Shown: piece by piece, positions 7,501-14,711 of the stretch
How positions within the stretch are numbered: position 1 is the stretch's first letter
How the letters are laid out: each line of letters opens with the position of its first letter
IMG/VR virus record: IMGVR_UViG_3300034062_006395
Location: 53,228 to 73,227 of that record
DNA length: 20,000 nt
Origin: an uncultured virus (IMG/VR IMGVR_UViG_3300034062_006395)
Taxonomy: Duplodnaviria > Heunggongvirae > Uroviricota > Caudoviricetes
Reading direction: 5' to 3' (one strand)
The notes under the pieces: model-generated
What the model was told of the DNA's origin: nothing
The model's input: only the letters and a program-made list of their open reading frames with translations
Databases searched by the model: none
Position numbers and translations under genes: made by a program

Positions 7501-10422
7501 TTTAATTAAACGATCTTCTTTATTTTTTATAGCAACTTGAAATAGTAATTCTAATTTAACTAAATCTTCTTTTATTTGTTTTACAACTGGAGCAATATGT
7601 TTATTTTTTGTAATACCATCTTTTTCCCAAACATCTAATAGAGCATTTAAAACATTAATTAAATTATTAATTTTTTGGTAATCACTGTAATCACTGTTTT
7701 CTATATCTTGACCAGCTTCAGTAAAAATTATATCAGCTTCTTTACGAATTTTACGACCATAGGCAGCTCTTGAAAATTCTAAACTATTTTTATAATTTCT
7801 AAATGTATTTTTTTTACGATTTGATTCTTTACTTAAATTAAAAACTTCTTCATAAGTATCTGCAATTTTTTTATCAATATTTTTTAAATTATCTATCTCA
7901 TCAAGTATTTGCATATATTCTTGACTGAATTCTTCTACTTTATCTATTTTAGCATCTAAGTCATCTATTTTTTGTTGGTTTAAAACCCTTGCTTCATCAA
8001 GAAATTTAAAAACTTTATCTCTTGTTGCAGCATCAAAGTTATAAACACCATCTGTTGTTTCAATTTTTGCATTACGAACAATATCTAATACTTCGTCTAA
8101 AGATATTTTACCTTCTTTATAATTGTCAAAAGCATTATTTAAAGAAGCTTTACCAATATGATCTTTACCTATTCTGAAATAATGTTCATTAAGAAATGAT
8201 TCACTATCATTAACACGTTCAATTTCATTTCTACCTACATCAAGTATTGGTCTTTTATATTGATACACTATTGGGTTAAATTCTATACCGTGAACAAAAC
8301 CAGCTTCTTGTTGTCTGATTATTTTTTCATTCTCAAGTAGAACAAGTTCATCATTAAGTTTTTGTTTTACAGATTCTTCAGTAGCAGTTTTAATTTCTTC
8401 TTTTTTAGAATCTATTTTAGTTTCTATATCTTCAAATGTTGGAACTTTTGTTTTCTCATTAAGTTCTTTAATTTTTGATGGATTAGTCAGAAGATCAAAA
8501 TTGTTATTAGAATCTTCTAACATTTTATTTAAAGCTTCATTTGTATTATCAATATCTTTTAAAGCAGCAGCATCAACTTGAGGTATGCCAGAAAGATTAT
8601 CTTTCCTTGCTTCGTTTTCTTGAATTAATCTTTTAATGCTGTCTTGTCTTACAGCTTCTCCGTATTGAGCTTTCAGAATCTTTTCTTGTAATGAAGCATC
8701 AATATTCTTCAGTTCTGGATTTTGCTTTGCAGACTCTTTAATACCTTTAAATAAATTAAAGAATCTATCTACTTGTTCTAATCTTTTATTTAGAATATCA
8801 GATGCTTCTGGTTGAGATTTTTTTAATTCTTCAGCATGAAGCTTCATAGTGCTTTTTAAAACATCTAAACCTTCTTCACCATATACACTGTCAAGACCAA
8901 ACATACCTAATGCGTAACGAGCTGCAATCAAGTCTGTGAGTATTTCAAAACCTACTGCATCGTTTCTATTTGCTAAATCAAGTTGTTCATCATATAATGA
9001 TTTTGTAGTCATTATTTGAAAACCTAATTTAGATAAAGCTTCTTGATTTATTTCTGGTTTGTTATTTGCATCACGAATGATTTCTCCTTGTTTATCAAGT
9101 TTATAAATAGTAGAAACATTTGATTTAAATACAGCATCAGAATAGTTAATTATTTTTTCAAGAGAACCTAATTGTTCTTGTTCTTGTTTAGTTTGACGAA
9201 CAGCGCCAACTGTTGACATACCAGAACCTAGTAGAGCACCTAAGAAGATAGATGTCTGACCATCAGTTTTTCCAAAGTTAGTTACTAAGCTTCCAACATA
9301 ATCTCCAAGCCAATCGTTATATTCACCAAGCATTACTTTATCTTGGGTAGCATATCTTTTTTGAGCTTCTTGAATACCAAACTGAATGTTTTCTTCATAA
9401 CCACCTTCAACAGCAGCACCTTTTAAAACATTCTTTCCTAAGTTTTTAGAAAGACTTGGTGCAAACTGAGCTAATTTAGTTTTATCAAGTTTACCATCAA
9501 CAATAGAATTTCTAATTATTTTTTTAGTATCTGCTAATGAACCAAATACCATCTTAGCTTCCCATAGATTAGAAGCAGCTAATGCAGCCATGTTTGATAT
9601 TGAAGTATTAAATGCAGCACGTACTGCATCTTCTTCAGAAACACCTTTAGAAATTAAATCATCATAAATATCTTTACCTTCAAATCCAGACTCACTAATT
9701 GTATTATATAATGTAATAGCACCTAAATCAATTTGATTAGCTAATTTAGAAACATCTCTGACAGATTGTCCAAGAGCTGCTGCATTATCAACGCTTTGTA
9801 TTCCAAGTTTAGAATCAATCAAAGCTTTATTTAATCCTCTAATGTTATTAGCTAAACCTTTTCCAAGACCAGCTTTACCAATAAGACCAGCTTTGCTTGC
9901 AAGACCAGCAGGTACAAAAGCAGAAGCAGCAAAAGCAACACCATCTAAAAAATCAGAACCCCAAAATTCAGCAGTACCTATTTTATCAAAGAAGTTACCA
10001 TTACTGTACAATTTAGTTTTATATATTGGATCAACACCAAAGCTCAACCAGCTACTTTCGTTCTTTAATTGATCATCCATTTCTTTTAAAAAACGAACCA
10101 TTTGATTATCAAACCAAAGTTTTTCATCACCTGTTACAGAAGCACCAATAGCACCACCAACGTGAGCAAGACCTTCACCAAATTTTAAAACAACATCTTG
10201 ACCTAAACGTGCAGCACCACGCCAGAATTTACCACCTTGAGCTTGTGCTCTAAGTTCATCAACATCTTCATAACCGAATATAGGATCTTGAATATAATCA
10301 CGATAATTAGAATCATAATTACCAGCACCTATTGAATTTTTACTTGCTGATTTTCCTGTACGAAAAGCTAAATCTGGGCGAATTGGTTTTCCTTCTAAAT
10401 GTGTTATTGGGTCTAAACTCAT
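1..10422 (-). CDS. Giant virion cargo polyprotein (>3474 aa, 3' end outside the window): N-terminal hydrophobic region + SF1 helicase + zincin metallopeptidase + crAss-type virion RNA polymerase (partial)
   Basis: ATG at 10422-10420, 2 nt after the TAA of the upstream gene (MSLDPITHLEGKPIRPDLAF...). The same frame is coding wherever checked (about 9400, 6700, 5950, 3300, 600 and 1-60, ending ...IDEIVFDSAMKVGRPL). The ORF track lists no stop-terminated ORF in this frame, which fits an ORF open to the edge. Motifs read directly: GIAGTGKST, IIIDEA, GDPTQ, YRS, QGQTFD, MYTSISRA, HEIFH...MEEFLAE, GDYAYFK...KR, TDGQGF, SAMKVG. Confidence 0.92.
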   Translation of the reverse strand, partial: MSLDPITHLEGKPIRPDLAFRTGKSASKNSIGAGNYDSNYRDYIQDPIFGYEDVDELRAQAQGGKFWRGAARLGQDVVLKFGEGLAHVGGAIGASVTGDEKLWFDNQMVRFLKEMDDQLKNESSWLSFGVDPIYKTKLYSNGNFFDKIGTAEFWGSDFLDGVAFAASAFVPAGLASKAGLIGKAGLGKGLANNIRGLNKALIDSKLGIQSVDNAAALGQSVRDVSKLANQIDLGAITLYNTISESGFEGKDIYDDLISKGVSEEDAVRAAFNTSISNMAALAASNLWEAKMVFGSLADTKKIIRNSIVDGKLDKTKLAQFAPSLSKNLGKNVLKGAAVEGGYEENIQFGIQEAQKRYATQDKVMLGEYNDWLGDYVGSLVTNFGKTDGQTSIFLGALLGSGMSTVGAVRQTKQEQEQLGSLEKIINYSDAVFKSNVSTIYKLDKQGEIIRDANNKPEINQEALSKLGFQIMTTKSLYDEQLDLANRNDAVGFEILTDLIAARYALGMFGLDSVYGEEGLDVLKSTMKLHAEELKKSQPEASDILNKRLEQVDRFFNLFKGIKESAKQNPELKNIDASLQEKILKAQYGEAVRQDSIKRLIQENEARKDNLSGIPQVDAAALKDIDNTNEALNKMLEDSNNNFDLLTNPSKIKELNEKTKVPTFEDIETKIDSKKEEIKTATEESVKQKLNDELVLLENEKIIRQQEAGFVHGIEFNPIVYQYKRPILDVGRNEIERVNDSESFLNEHYFRIGKDHIGKASLNNAFDNYKEGKISLDEVLDIVRNAKIETTDGVYNFDAATRDKVFKFLDEARVLNQQKIDDLDAKIDKVEEFSQEYMQILDEIDNLKNIDKKIADTYEEVFNLSKESNRKKNTFRNYKNSLEFSRAAYGRKIRKEADIIFTEAGQDIENSDYSDYQKINNLINVLNALLDVWEKDGITKNKHIAPVVKQIKEDLVKLELLFQVAIKNKEDRLIKQKKFRAAKALRIYRSLDIDFLEPQQHSTLFNAIEKVLGKEELNKILKEAENAVDYKDSPDPLNPIYGEIILYKLQQLSKDSKKEIEEILKAKITFIEGVLSESFEINKGNGTTTLNKFINDVGLFNLVQVEAKNDKSHPYFVFLKDNDPYSFLEALKNYKDESSYKFEKDTILEITNTILDYISTLEAYKQITSDFNINDLLLSLDAKYNELKEENDKSIVLTPGIQQEIVINQFLKFFDSQNKSVEFGNFAYLKGIAGTGKSTIASKWISDILKMQGKIDEVIVTAATENATKNISQSIHGDNTKGIKLEDIKTYNFDPEKKYLIIIDEANAINLSQKPEAFQELAKLKSKNITFLLTGDPTQITESQFPEIEFKKEYVNITHLNALSVPYRSDVSSINNAADVFRSNYNKVQDATFEANTSLGNTNAQGVHVVNDFGDIIKNSSSANKVIIVNNQQSKDKYKSLIDDKTQVMTYEEVQGQTFDEVFIDLNEAEKNSFNQSFDTYTFNTAMYTSISRAKNHVVIKRNGQKIDHHVNPKIAVTSTESEEMKVQNEERFYGQLLLDNQIFKSFVPDAKGIVVKIKQDSKPASEVKPEDIKDTVENVVIKDEDEFFDTDDDFEDDTTDDGATLKGQSLDSDVIDNGNDPDLPVKVDLFDHEHVLAFPTKNKIYDNKGNPLVKTGNDVIYVKAKYEKKSQLLVLAKVRDTEDKWALIGIVSEEEFKTDFGKQLLEKYNNAKSVRLKDEIFSDAGVFTIPSSDMSNVILEGKVNIARPLTYIYNKNKRVENPNISDIVNQFVKGYFIKAGLKPSVGKIYMWIPANNQILPNNVNASDLQLKSGIPYLIFETPGYKPQAIRLNARRLKKGDDVVKPILKFIDVVEKLEAASGLKLSTKEFREKLESFKDNFTISQSYQIEKTKDIVKDPNQDLWTELFLLVYGVEHEKQTVTEEEYEASEELKNDYDLIKSKNSKYHKLIGKGVDGKIKYHPVIKINQGEASKALNKIAKANSHHTKNRVAEDPNIFNTSHLSLITRYKEKNKDRVNIKGKPLVGKSTDEFEIFGYTKSYYTFLKSLARRYDLQRDGKPIEFVYMGLERYYRLKGSGNPQQQLEAQQMVKTIQDDIKYLEKVFTTEVFSTEASPLFTPEQLNENRIAHSGVLSLDVLKSAFQFDSNGISSLRGGSYLRLPINRAAFNEKGKTLFDDSLNINKNVEAELAPMVETYFDRVLPTKISVTSKPEEVKPSSQPSAKPIVEPIITDQPVANQPSTYNEAINSIIENNGEFSVTFLNKDSQPVTFKSNSKENLIEEIDMYFEDTQGKKLLTEDRNTFLGTVITEEEAYKIAKRLFPKLKDNDLKFVTRHVMSSLINFKKNDVIGLMKNGTVYVEKIMDGTKLSVHENILRHEIFHKIWNYHLTPQERNQLTEQLNKQYPETKQMNYIEMEEFLAEKFQVYTKNRNESGIIYSLKNLFNRLLNLLGLYKTNVKNIEKFFDQIETGIYAYRTGGEFFLTERTALDIKNDYGSVEMYRAIKNKSLQFFNDIYSRNYDDVTGDNNVGVKFYKPDGKRISYYLILPKKEAILFYKSELIREQKELSEKTNLSSEEQFELDVINKLLSTDNNNKTKIFNEIISELFPTYVGNMSSKKIGYEYTYDDSTLEAISKEEDPTGILNEIKDDIYINKETKLSDAVKDFLLSITGKDPRTVFAITISLMDNIDLDNFRKSIIENVRVNGNTQLMNLIGTNLIEIEKENEVEQHPHMLVTTRNQDIKFYFNNKYDLTGKTESEVEALDGTRVYSYNAYTSKSKEVTNYALFLRDITFAESETFNLSNVEFRTTLVNQWRRAYYRNMFSEIVTLYNSLRELRLKYYEKSTTGNTYNGVLRNSRIVDTNEQVKTKVKDVLNKKFSTEESRIKASKFIAEKKKSMGETYELKLKTFKEIIAHLGLSSMLVEDRIIDSKGGEFNALLTDIFYFGERLGSIRDDKEVKDNVSEDNINSKITKDMPEILENESRFLSELSAFLSNNVKYVRATSAITVDGKKIYLHRYSSHAFDVYTKLVGNKKTSKTPDYLTTDFYKHNIFIGNYPLNTIYQYLDFEGTKSRDNVIVYRNEKDTDWLDRHLNGGFIDELMSRKTFRYAQFLYTVSNKPTTQGMEVGLLNEKEQKQAIKNLILQLRARPENVNAAGYNVESLVNAEILRPYKDIVFANSLSEKKLDKLVENVYEDLLKEGEKLLDKIEDDELPIDKRVNQLINKLHENGFLKSKSSVTTNYEFRNKEKQYKIDKENLREFIQLFFINDYLNSYFLGQLVVGDYAYFKNAEDVGKRLSGAFAPGERGDYTKYRTFNVVTLEDRTFPKYAEKDGKPLLDSVEEFTLEMLTGKKGLTLKTLDEKTQVQVKLIAQQLLKQYSDKGYDMTDGQGFMTEKRANQLAVMYGDSYNVGNVMKPAHYEVLSKDNVAMPVMLKYSSIVLTKELLSNPMFAKLRKLNDFMENKNIDEIVFDSAMKVGRPL
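3070..3500 (-). other. Zincin-like metallopeptidase domain within the giant ORF (boundaries approximate)
   Basis: ILRHEIFHKIW (HExxH at 3289-3303) followed by MEEFLAEKF (MEEFLAE at 3169-3189) and an amphipathic helix LKNLFNRLLNLLG. This pattern is typical of zincins found with crAss RNAP and phage polyvalent proteins. Confidence 0.85.
5941..6840 (-). other. Superfamily 1 (RecD/Dda/Pif1-like) helicase domain within the giant ORF
   Basis: Walker A GIAGTGKST (6709-6735), Walker B IIIDEA (6508-6525), motif III GDPTQ (6409-6423), motif IV YRS (6319-6327), motif V QGQTFD (6046-6063) and motif VI MYTSISRAK (5941-5967), all in frame and in canonical order. Confidence 0.9.
9865..9909. repeat. Short in-frame 18-bp-period repeat (AAGACCAGC x3) encoding AGLASK-AGLIGK-AGLGK
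   Basis: AAGACCAGC occurs at 9865, 9883 and 9901, within the Gly-rich N-terminal region of the giant ORF. Confidence 0.6.
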
Positions 10423-10424
10423 CT

Positions 10425-12977
10425 TTATTTTGTTTGTTGTGTGTTGCTAATTTGATTTTTAAGTTCTTGTATGTTATAAACTAATCCAGAAATAATTCTT
10501 TTCTCTGTTTCGTTTTCAGCAGCTAATGGTATCAATGTACCAGTCTGTAAATACTTTTCGTATAATCCTCTTAAAAAGTCATTGTTCTCTATTTGACCTA
10601 CTAATTTACTTGCTAATTCAGGATCACTTGCTGCAATTTCTTGTAAATCCATTCTTAAATTTTCAGAGGTGTATTGAGTACCATCTTGATTTGTTAATAC
10701 GTTTACAGGTCTAACTCCGTTTTGTCCTCTGATTTTTTCTGTTTTAAATGATAAACCTGAATTATATAAATCTGTACCAGATGCTCCAGTATCTCCTGTA
10801 GCTCCTCTATACATCTCTTCAAGAACTTGTTCTCCAGCTTCACCCAAGTGAGATAAGATAAATACTGTAGCACCATTAGGATCAAAATTAATTGGTAATT
10901 TTAAATCAACCCAATTCATTTTAGTATCATCTCCTTCTTTAGTTTCAAATTCAAGTTTTAAAAATACTTCATTGGTAGCATTATCTAATTTAACATTGTC
11001 AACTACCATGTTACCTTTAACATTTAAATTGTTTGTTAATACGTTTCTAAGTACTTCTTTATTTTTATCATTAGAACCAGTTCTTGTTAATTCTTCTTTT
11101 CCATTTTCTCCAACTTGTCTATGAACTGTAACGTTAAATTCACCTGCATTTATTACACGTTTTAAATTTTCAGTAAAAGAAGTCATTTGTCCACTCGACA
11201 TATTTACAGGAACATAACCTGTTGCTTTAGTTTCAAAAGATTTTAAATAATTTGTAAATTCATTATCATATTCTTTTTTATTATTTTCATATTCTTTATA
11301 ACCTTGAGAATTAAATAACGCATTACCTTCTTTTAATTTTTCGTATTGATCTTTTTCTATAATTTTTTTATTTTTAATAGCATTTACTTTACTATTACTA
11401 CTTGGATAATATTCGTAATCTCCAGTTTTTTCATTATAAATTATAGAAGCTTTTGTCATTGGATGGCTTGCTTTAACACCATTAACATCACGTGTAATTA
11501 CTTCAGTCGGTATTTCATCAGTTGATTCAATTTCTAATGGTAATTCAGATGATTTCATTATTGTAGCATGAACATATGCATCTGATTTAGTAATTTGTGT
11601 AATTTTACTCAAAGCTGAATTCTTTGCACCTTTCTGAGCAGCATTTTCAATTTGAGTATTTACAATCCAGTTATCAGGATTAAATATACCACCAGGAAAC
11701 GGATAGATATTTTCAACATCAGCTCCTTGTGAATTATTTAATTCCTTTGTTGCTATTTTTAAATCATCGTTTACTTTTTCAACATAATTTAAAACTTCTT
11801 TTTCTTCATCAGCAAGTGATGTTTCATAATCAAATAATTTAGTTGCTAATTCTGCACCTTTGGCACTTTTACCATCAGCGTTTGTTATAAATGCACCTTC
11901 TGCTTTTTCAAGAATTGCTATGTTGTTTTTAGCTTCTACTTTTTGTTGTTCTGAAGAAGTTTCACTTTCTAATATTTTTCTACTTTCTTCAATAGCTTGA
12001 TTATAATTTACATATTTGTCAAGTAAATTTAATGGTTGTCCAGCTTCTGGAGTTTGAACGTAACCACCTTTAAATGGTGGATTGCTTCCATTACCGTTAC
12101 TTCCTTCATCGTTAGGATCACGATGAATACTTGTTTTTAAATCTGTATCATAAAAAGTTGCGGCAGTAACACCACCAGAAATCATTGACTCAATATTTTG
12201 TGCAGCTTGTTCTCCTAAACCATGATAACTCATTGCTTTATAATAATCCTGAATTTCTGGATCACCATAAATTGTTTGTGCAATTGCTGCGTAAGCTTTA
12301 TCTTTTGACACATAAGTTTGCTTACCATCTTGTGTCATTAACCATTGATTATTAGATTTATCAAATTGAACAACACCTCCATCAAACTGTATTGGCGAAC
12401 CATCAGCTTTAATATTATCTGCGATTCTATTTATCTTTTCAGATATATCAGGTGTTTTAAATAAATAAGGAGATTCAAAGTTTGTTACATAATCACCTCT
12501 TTCATTTCTTAGTTGATTACCATAAGGTTGAACTTTACTTAAATAAGTATTATAAGCAATTCTTGCTTCTTCTGGATTTGTTTTAGAAAACTCTTCTATA
12601 GTTTTTAGATAGCTATCATGTTGTGCTTTACGTTGAGACAATGCCCAAATATCACCAGATGATGCATCTCGTTTGTATTTACCTCTTATTTGATAAAAGT
12701 TTTTTAAAGCTCCTTGAATGTTATCATTGTTAATCAAATCATCAGCAGCTGTATTTAATTGATTCATATAGTCATCTCTAATCTTTTGTCCTGTTTGTTG
12801 ATCATAGTTCATAAAATCAACTCTTGGATCAAATTCTGAAAGATACTGTAAAGTATTATCAAATGCTTGTTGTCTTGTCGCTAAAGCTTGTAAAGCTACA
12901 TTCGCATCAATTTGTGTTGGTACAAATTGAGACATGTAACTATTAGGTCTATATTGTTCAAATCTATTGCGTGGCAT
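10425..12977 (-). CDS. Probable virion cargo/ejection protein (850 aa), function unknown
   Basis: Long ORF 3 nt from the upstream stop and 2 nt from the next start. It has a helical N-terminal half and lies between the cargo-1-like gene and the RNAP polyprotein, where crAss-like phages encode internal virion proteins. No catalytic motif recognised. Confidence 0.65.
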   Translation of the reverse strand: MPRNRFEQYRPNSYMSQFVPTQIDANVALQALATRQQAFDNTLQYLSEFDPRVDFMNYDQQTGQKIRDDYMNQLNTAADDLINNDNIQGALKNFYQIRGKYKRDASSGDIWALSQRKAQHDSYLKTIEEFSKTNPEEARIAYNTYLSKVQPYGNQLRNERGDYVTNFESPYLFKTPDISEKINRIADNIKADGSPIQFDGGVVQFDKSNNQWLMTQDGKQTYVSKDKAYAAIAQTIYGDPEIQDYYKAMSYHGLGEQAAQNIESMISGGVTAATFYDTDLKTSIHRDPNDEGSNGNGSNPPFKGGYVQTPEAGQPLNLLDKYVNYNQAIEESRKILESETSSEQQKVEAKNNIAILEKAEGAFITNADGKSAKGAELATKLFDYETSLADEEKEVLNYVEKVNDDLKIATKELNNSQGADVENIYPFPGGIFNPDNWIVNTQIENAAQKGAKNSALSKITQITKSDAYVHATIMKSSELPLEIESTDEIPTEVITRDVNGVKASHPMTKASIIYNEKTGDYEYYPSSNSKVNAIKNKKIIEKDQYEKLKEGNALFNSQGYKEYENNKKEYDNEFTNYLKSFETKATGYVPVNMSSGQMTSFTENLKRVINAGEFNVTVHRQVGENGKEELTRTGSNDKNKEVLRNVLTNNLNVKGNMVVDNVKLDNATNEVFLKLEFETKEGDDTKMNWVDLKLPINFDPNGATVFILSHLGEAGEQVLEEMYRGATGDTGASGTDLYNSGLSFKTEKIRGQNGVRPVNVLTNQDGTQYTSENLRMDLQEIAASDPELASKLVGQIENNDFLRGLYEKYLQTGTLIPLAAENETEKRIISGLVYNIQELKNQISNTQQTK

Positions 12978-12980
12978 ATG

Positions 12981-14657
12981 TTATCCGTTTACATGTTGAT
13001 TCATCATAGGGTCAAACATATATCTTAGACCTAATGAGTTTAACATATTTAATGTTCTTGTATTGTTTACATCTTGAGCATTAGCCATATTAACATCTCG
13101 TAAATAACCTGCTCCAATATTACCTAAATCAGTTAGAGAACCATATATAGCATCTCTATACGCAGCTCTTTGTTGTTGTCTTGCTATTTGTTCTTGATTA
13201 CCTATTTGAGTATTCATTTGATTCTGTTGACCTTTGATTTGCGCATTTTGGTTACGCTCATTCATTTGTATCTGATTTACTCTATCAGCGGTATCACCAG
13301 CAATAAATGCCTCAGCACCTATTGAATTTATAATAGCATTACCAGATGTTTGCGCGTTTTTTCTAATATCAGCTCTAATGTTTCCACGAGCTATATTTGC
13401 TTGTCTTTCAGTTGTATTTAACAAAGGATCATAATCTACTGTTGGTAATTTAACTCTTTCAAAATTAACTGGATCTGGTTTACCACCAGCTAATGTTCCA
13501 ATCAATTGTGCAGCTGGACCAATCATATTTAAACCCATTCCTAATGGACTAACTTTAGTTGCCAAACCAGCGGCTGTTCCAGCAAGATTTGAGAAATCTA
13601 AACCAGAATTTTGTGGGAAGTTTTTCTTATCTACTGGTACAGGTTGTCCTAAAACTTGAGATGCTGTTCTAACTTGACCACCTTCAACTGGTGTTGTAAA
13701 TTGTTGATTACCTTTAGCATGAGGACTTCTACGATTAGGACTGTAACCACCGTAGTATCCATCATTTGCTGGAGCAACAGGATCTTGATACATGTTATAA
13801 TCTTGTGAACCAAGATAATCTAACATCGTTCTTGTGTCAACAGTTGGAAATCCACCATAAGTAAATTTATTTTTTTCTTCTTTAGCACGACCTTTAAGAA
13901 TTCCAGGATCATTTTCAACTCTTTGCTTTAACGCATCAAGCTGTCGCTGTTTTGATTCTTCAGATATTTTATCACCTTTTCGTTTTTTATAAATGCGTTC
14001 AACTTCTTCTGAAAGCTGAGCAGCTGTTTTTGAATCCTTACCTAATTTTGGATTAGCTGGATCTTTATACAACTTTATATTAGGGAATATATATTGTCCT
14101 TTTGGATCTAAAGTTTCACCATCTTCAACTTCACCGAATGGCATTTTTATTCCACCTTGTTCATGAGAAGCTCCATTGAATTCAATCAAACCTCCGTTAT
14201 TATATTTATTCATTTCTCCTCCGTATTTTTTGAAATACATATTTCCTTTTGGTATTGATACACCATCAGGTAATAAATTATTATATGATAAACCTTTTAA
14301 TATTCCTTCTTTGTAACTAGTCGGTACAGGTAATCGTCCTACTTGTGATCCTACATAATTATTAAATAAATCTTCTGCAGTACTCATTAATGCGTTACCC
14401 AAACCTTCATGTTTAACATTCTGTGGAAGCTTGTATAATTCATATCCAGCTCCTAAAGCATTAGCCGTTATTGAACCATACTTTTCTGTTGTGTACATTC
14501 CTGCAGCAGCATGTCTTAAATTATCAATTGGGTCTTCATTTGGTGATAGATTCTGACTTGATAATTTACGAGCTTTTGCAATTGGTCCACCAAGAAAAGA
14601 ATCTAAGTTATCCTCATATCCTTTGATAGGTGGTTTCTTTGGTTTAGGTTGTTGCAT
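12981..14657 (-). CDS. Cargo protein 1-like internal virion protein (558 aa) with an extra N-terminal DUF6973/SAA-like helical domain
   Basis: Immediately follows the muzzle gene. Contains GASHEQGG...EVEDGET (a motif I recall from crAss cargo proteins), repeated aromatic-x-x-GG motifs, a Gly/Ala-rich hydrophobic segment (aa 358-392) and a Gln/Asn-rich helical C-terminus. Confidence 0.7.
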   Translation of the reverse strand: MQQPKPKKPPIKGYEDNLDSFLGGPIAKARKLSSQNLSPNEDPIDNLRHAAAGMYTTEKYGSITANALGAGYELYKLPQNVKHEGLGNALMSTAEDLFNNYVGSQVGRLPVPTSYKEGILKGLSYNNLLPDGVSIPKGNMYFKKYGGEMNKYNNGGLIEFNGASHEQGGIKMPFGEVEDGETLDPKGQYIFPNIKLYKDPANPKLGKDSKTAAQLSEEVERIYKKRKGDKISEESKQRQLDALKQRVENDPGILKGRAKEEKNKFTYGGFPTVDTRTMLDYLGSQDYNMYQDPVAPANDGYYGGYSPNRRSPHAKGNQQFTTPVEGGQVRTASQVLGQPVPVDKKNFPQNSGLDFSNLAGTAAGLATKVSPLGMGLNMIGPAAQLIGTLAGGKPDPVNFERVKLPTVDYDPLLNTTERQANIARGNIRADIRKNAQTSGNAIINSIGAEAFIAGDTADRVNQIQMNERNQNAQIKGQQNQMNTQIGNQEQIARQQQRAAYRDAIYGSLTDLGNIGAGYLRDVNMANAQDVNNTRTLNMLNSLGLRYMFDPMMNQHVNG

Positions 14658-14679
14658 AATTACTTAAAAAATTAATATA

Positions 14680-14711
14680 CAAAAATAAAGCAAAACAATT
14701 TGATAAACAAA
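14680..14711 (-). promoter_or_regulatory. Bacteroidota sigma-A type promoter (-33 TTTG, -7 TAnnTTTG)
   Basis: The minus strand reads TTTG (14711-14708), a 20-nt spacer, then TATTTTTG (14687-14680), ending 22 nt upstream of the ATG at 14657. This matches the TTTG-N19-21-TAnnTTTG consensus and sits in the only real intergenic gap. Confidence 0.75.

Noticed and set aside
2375..10072. Short plus-strand ORFs at 2375-2575, 5896-6126 and 9842-10072
   Set aside because: All are antisense to the giant motif-bearing ORF. They are short, have no recognisable features, and are best explained as shadow ORFs.
1..10422. Intein or self-splicing intron as the explanation for the giant ORF's length
   Set aside because: I noticed no LAGLIDADG/HNH or intein splice-junction motifs and no frame interruption in the parts I translated. 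An HMM scan would be needed to exclude this fully.
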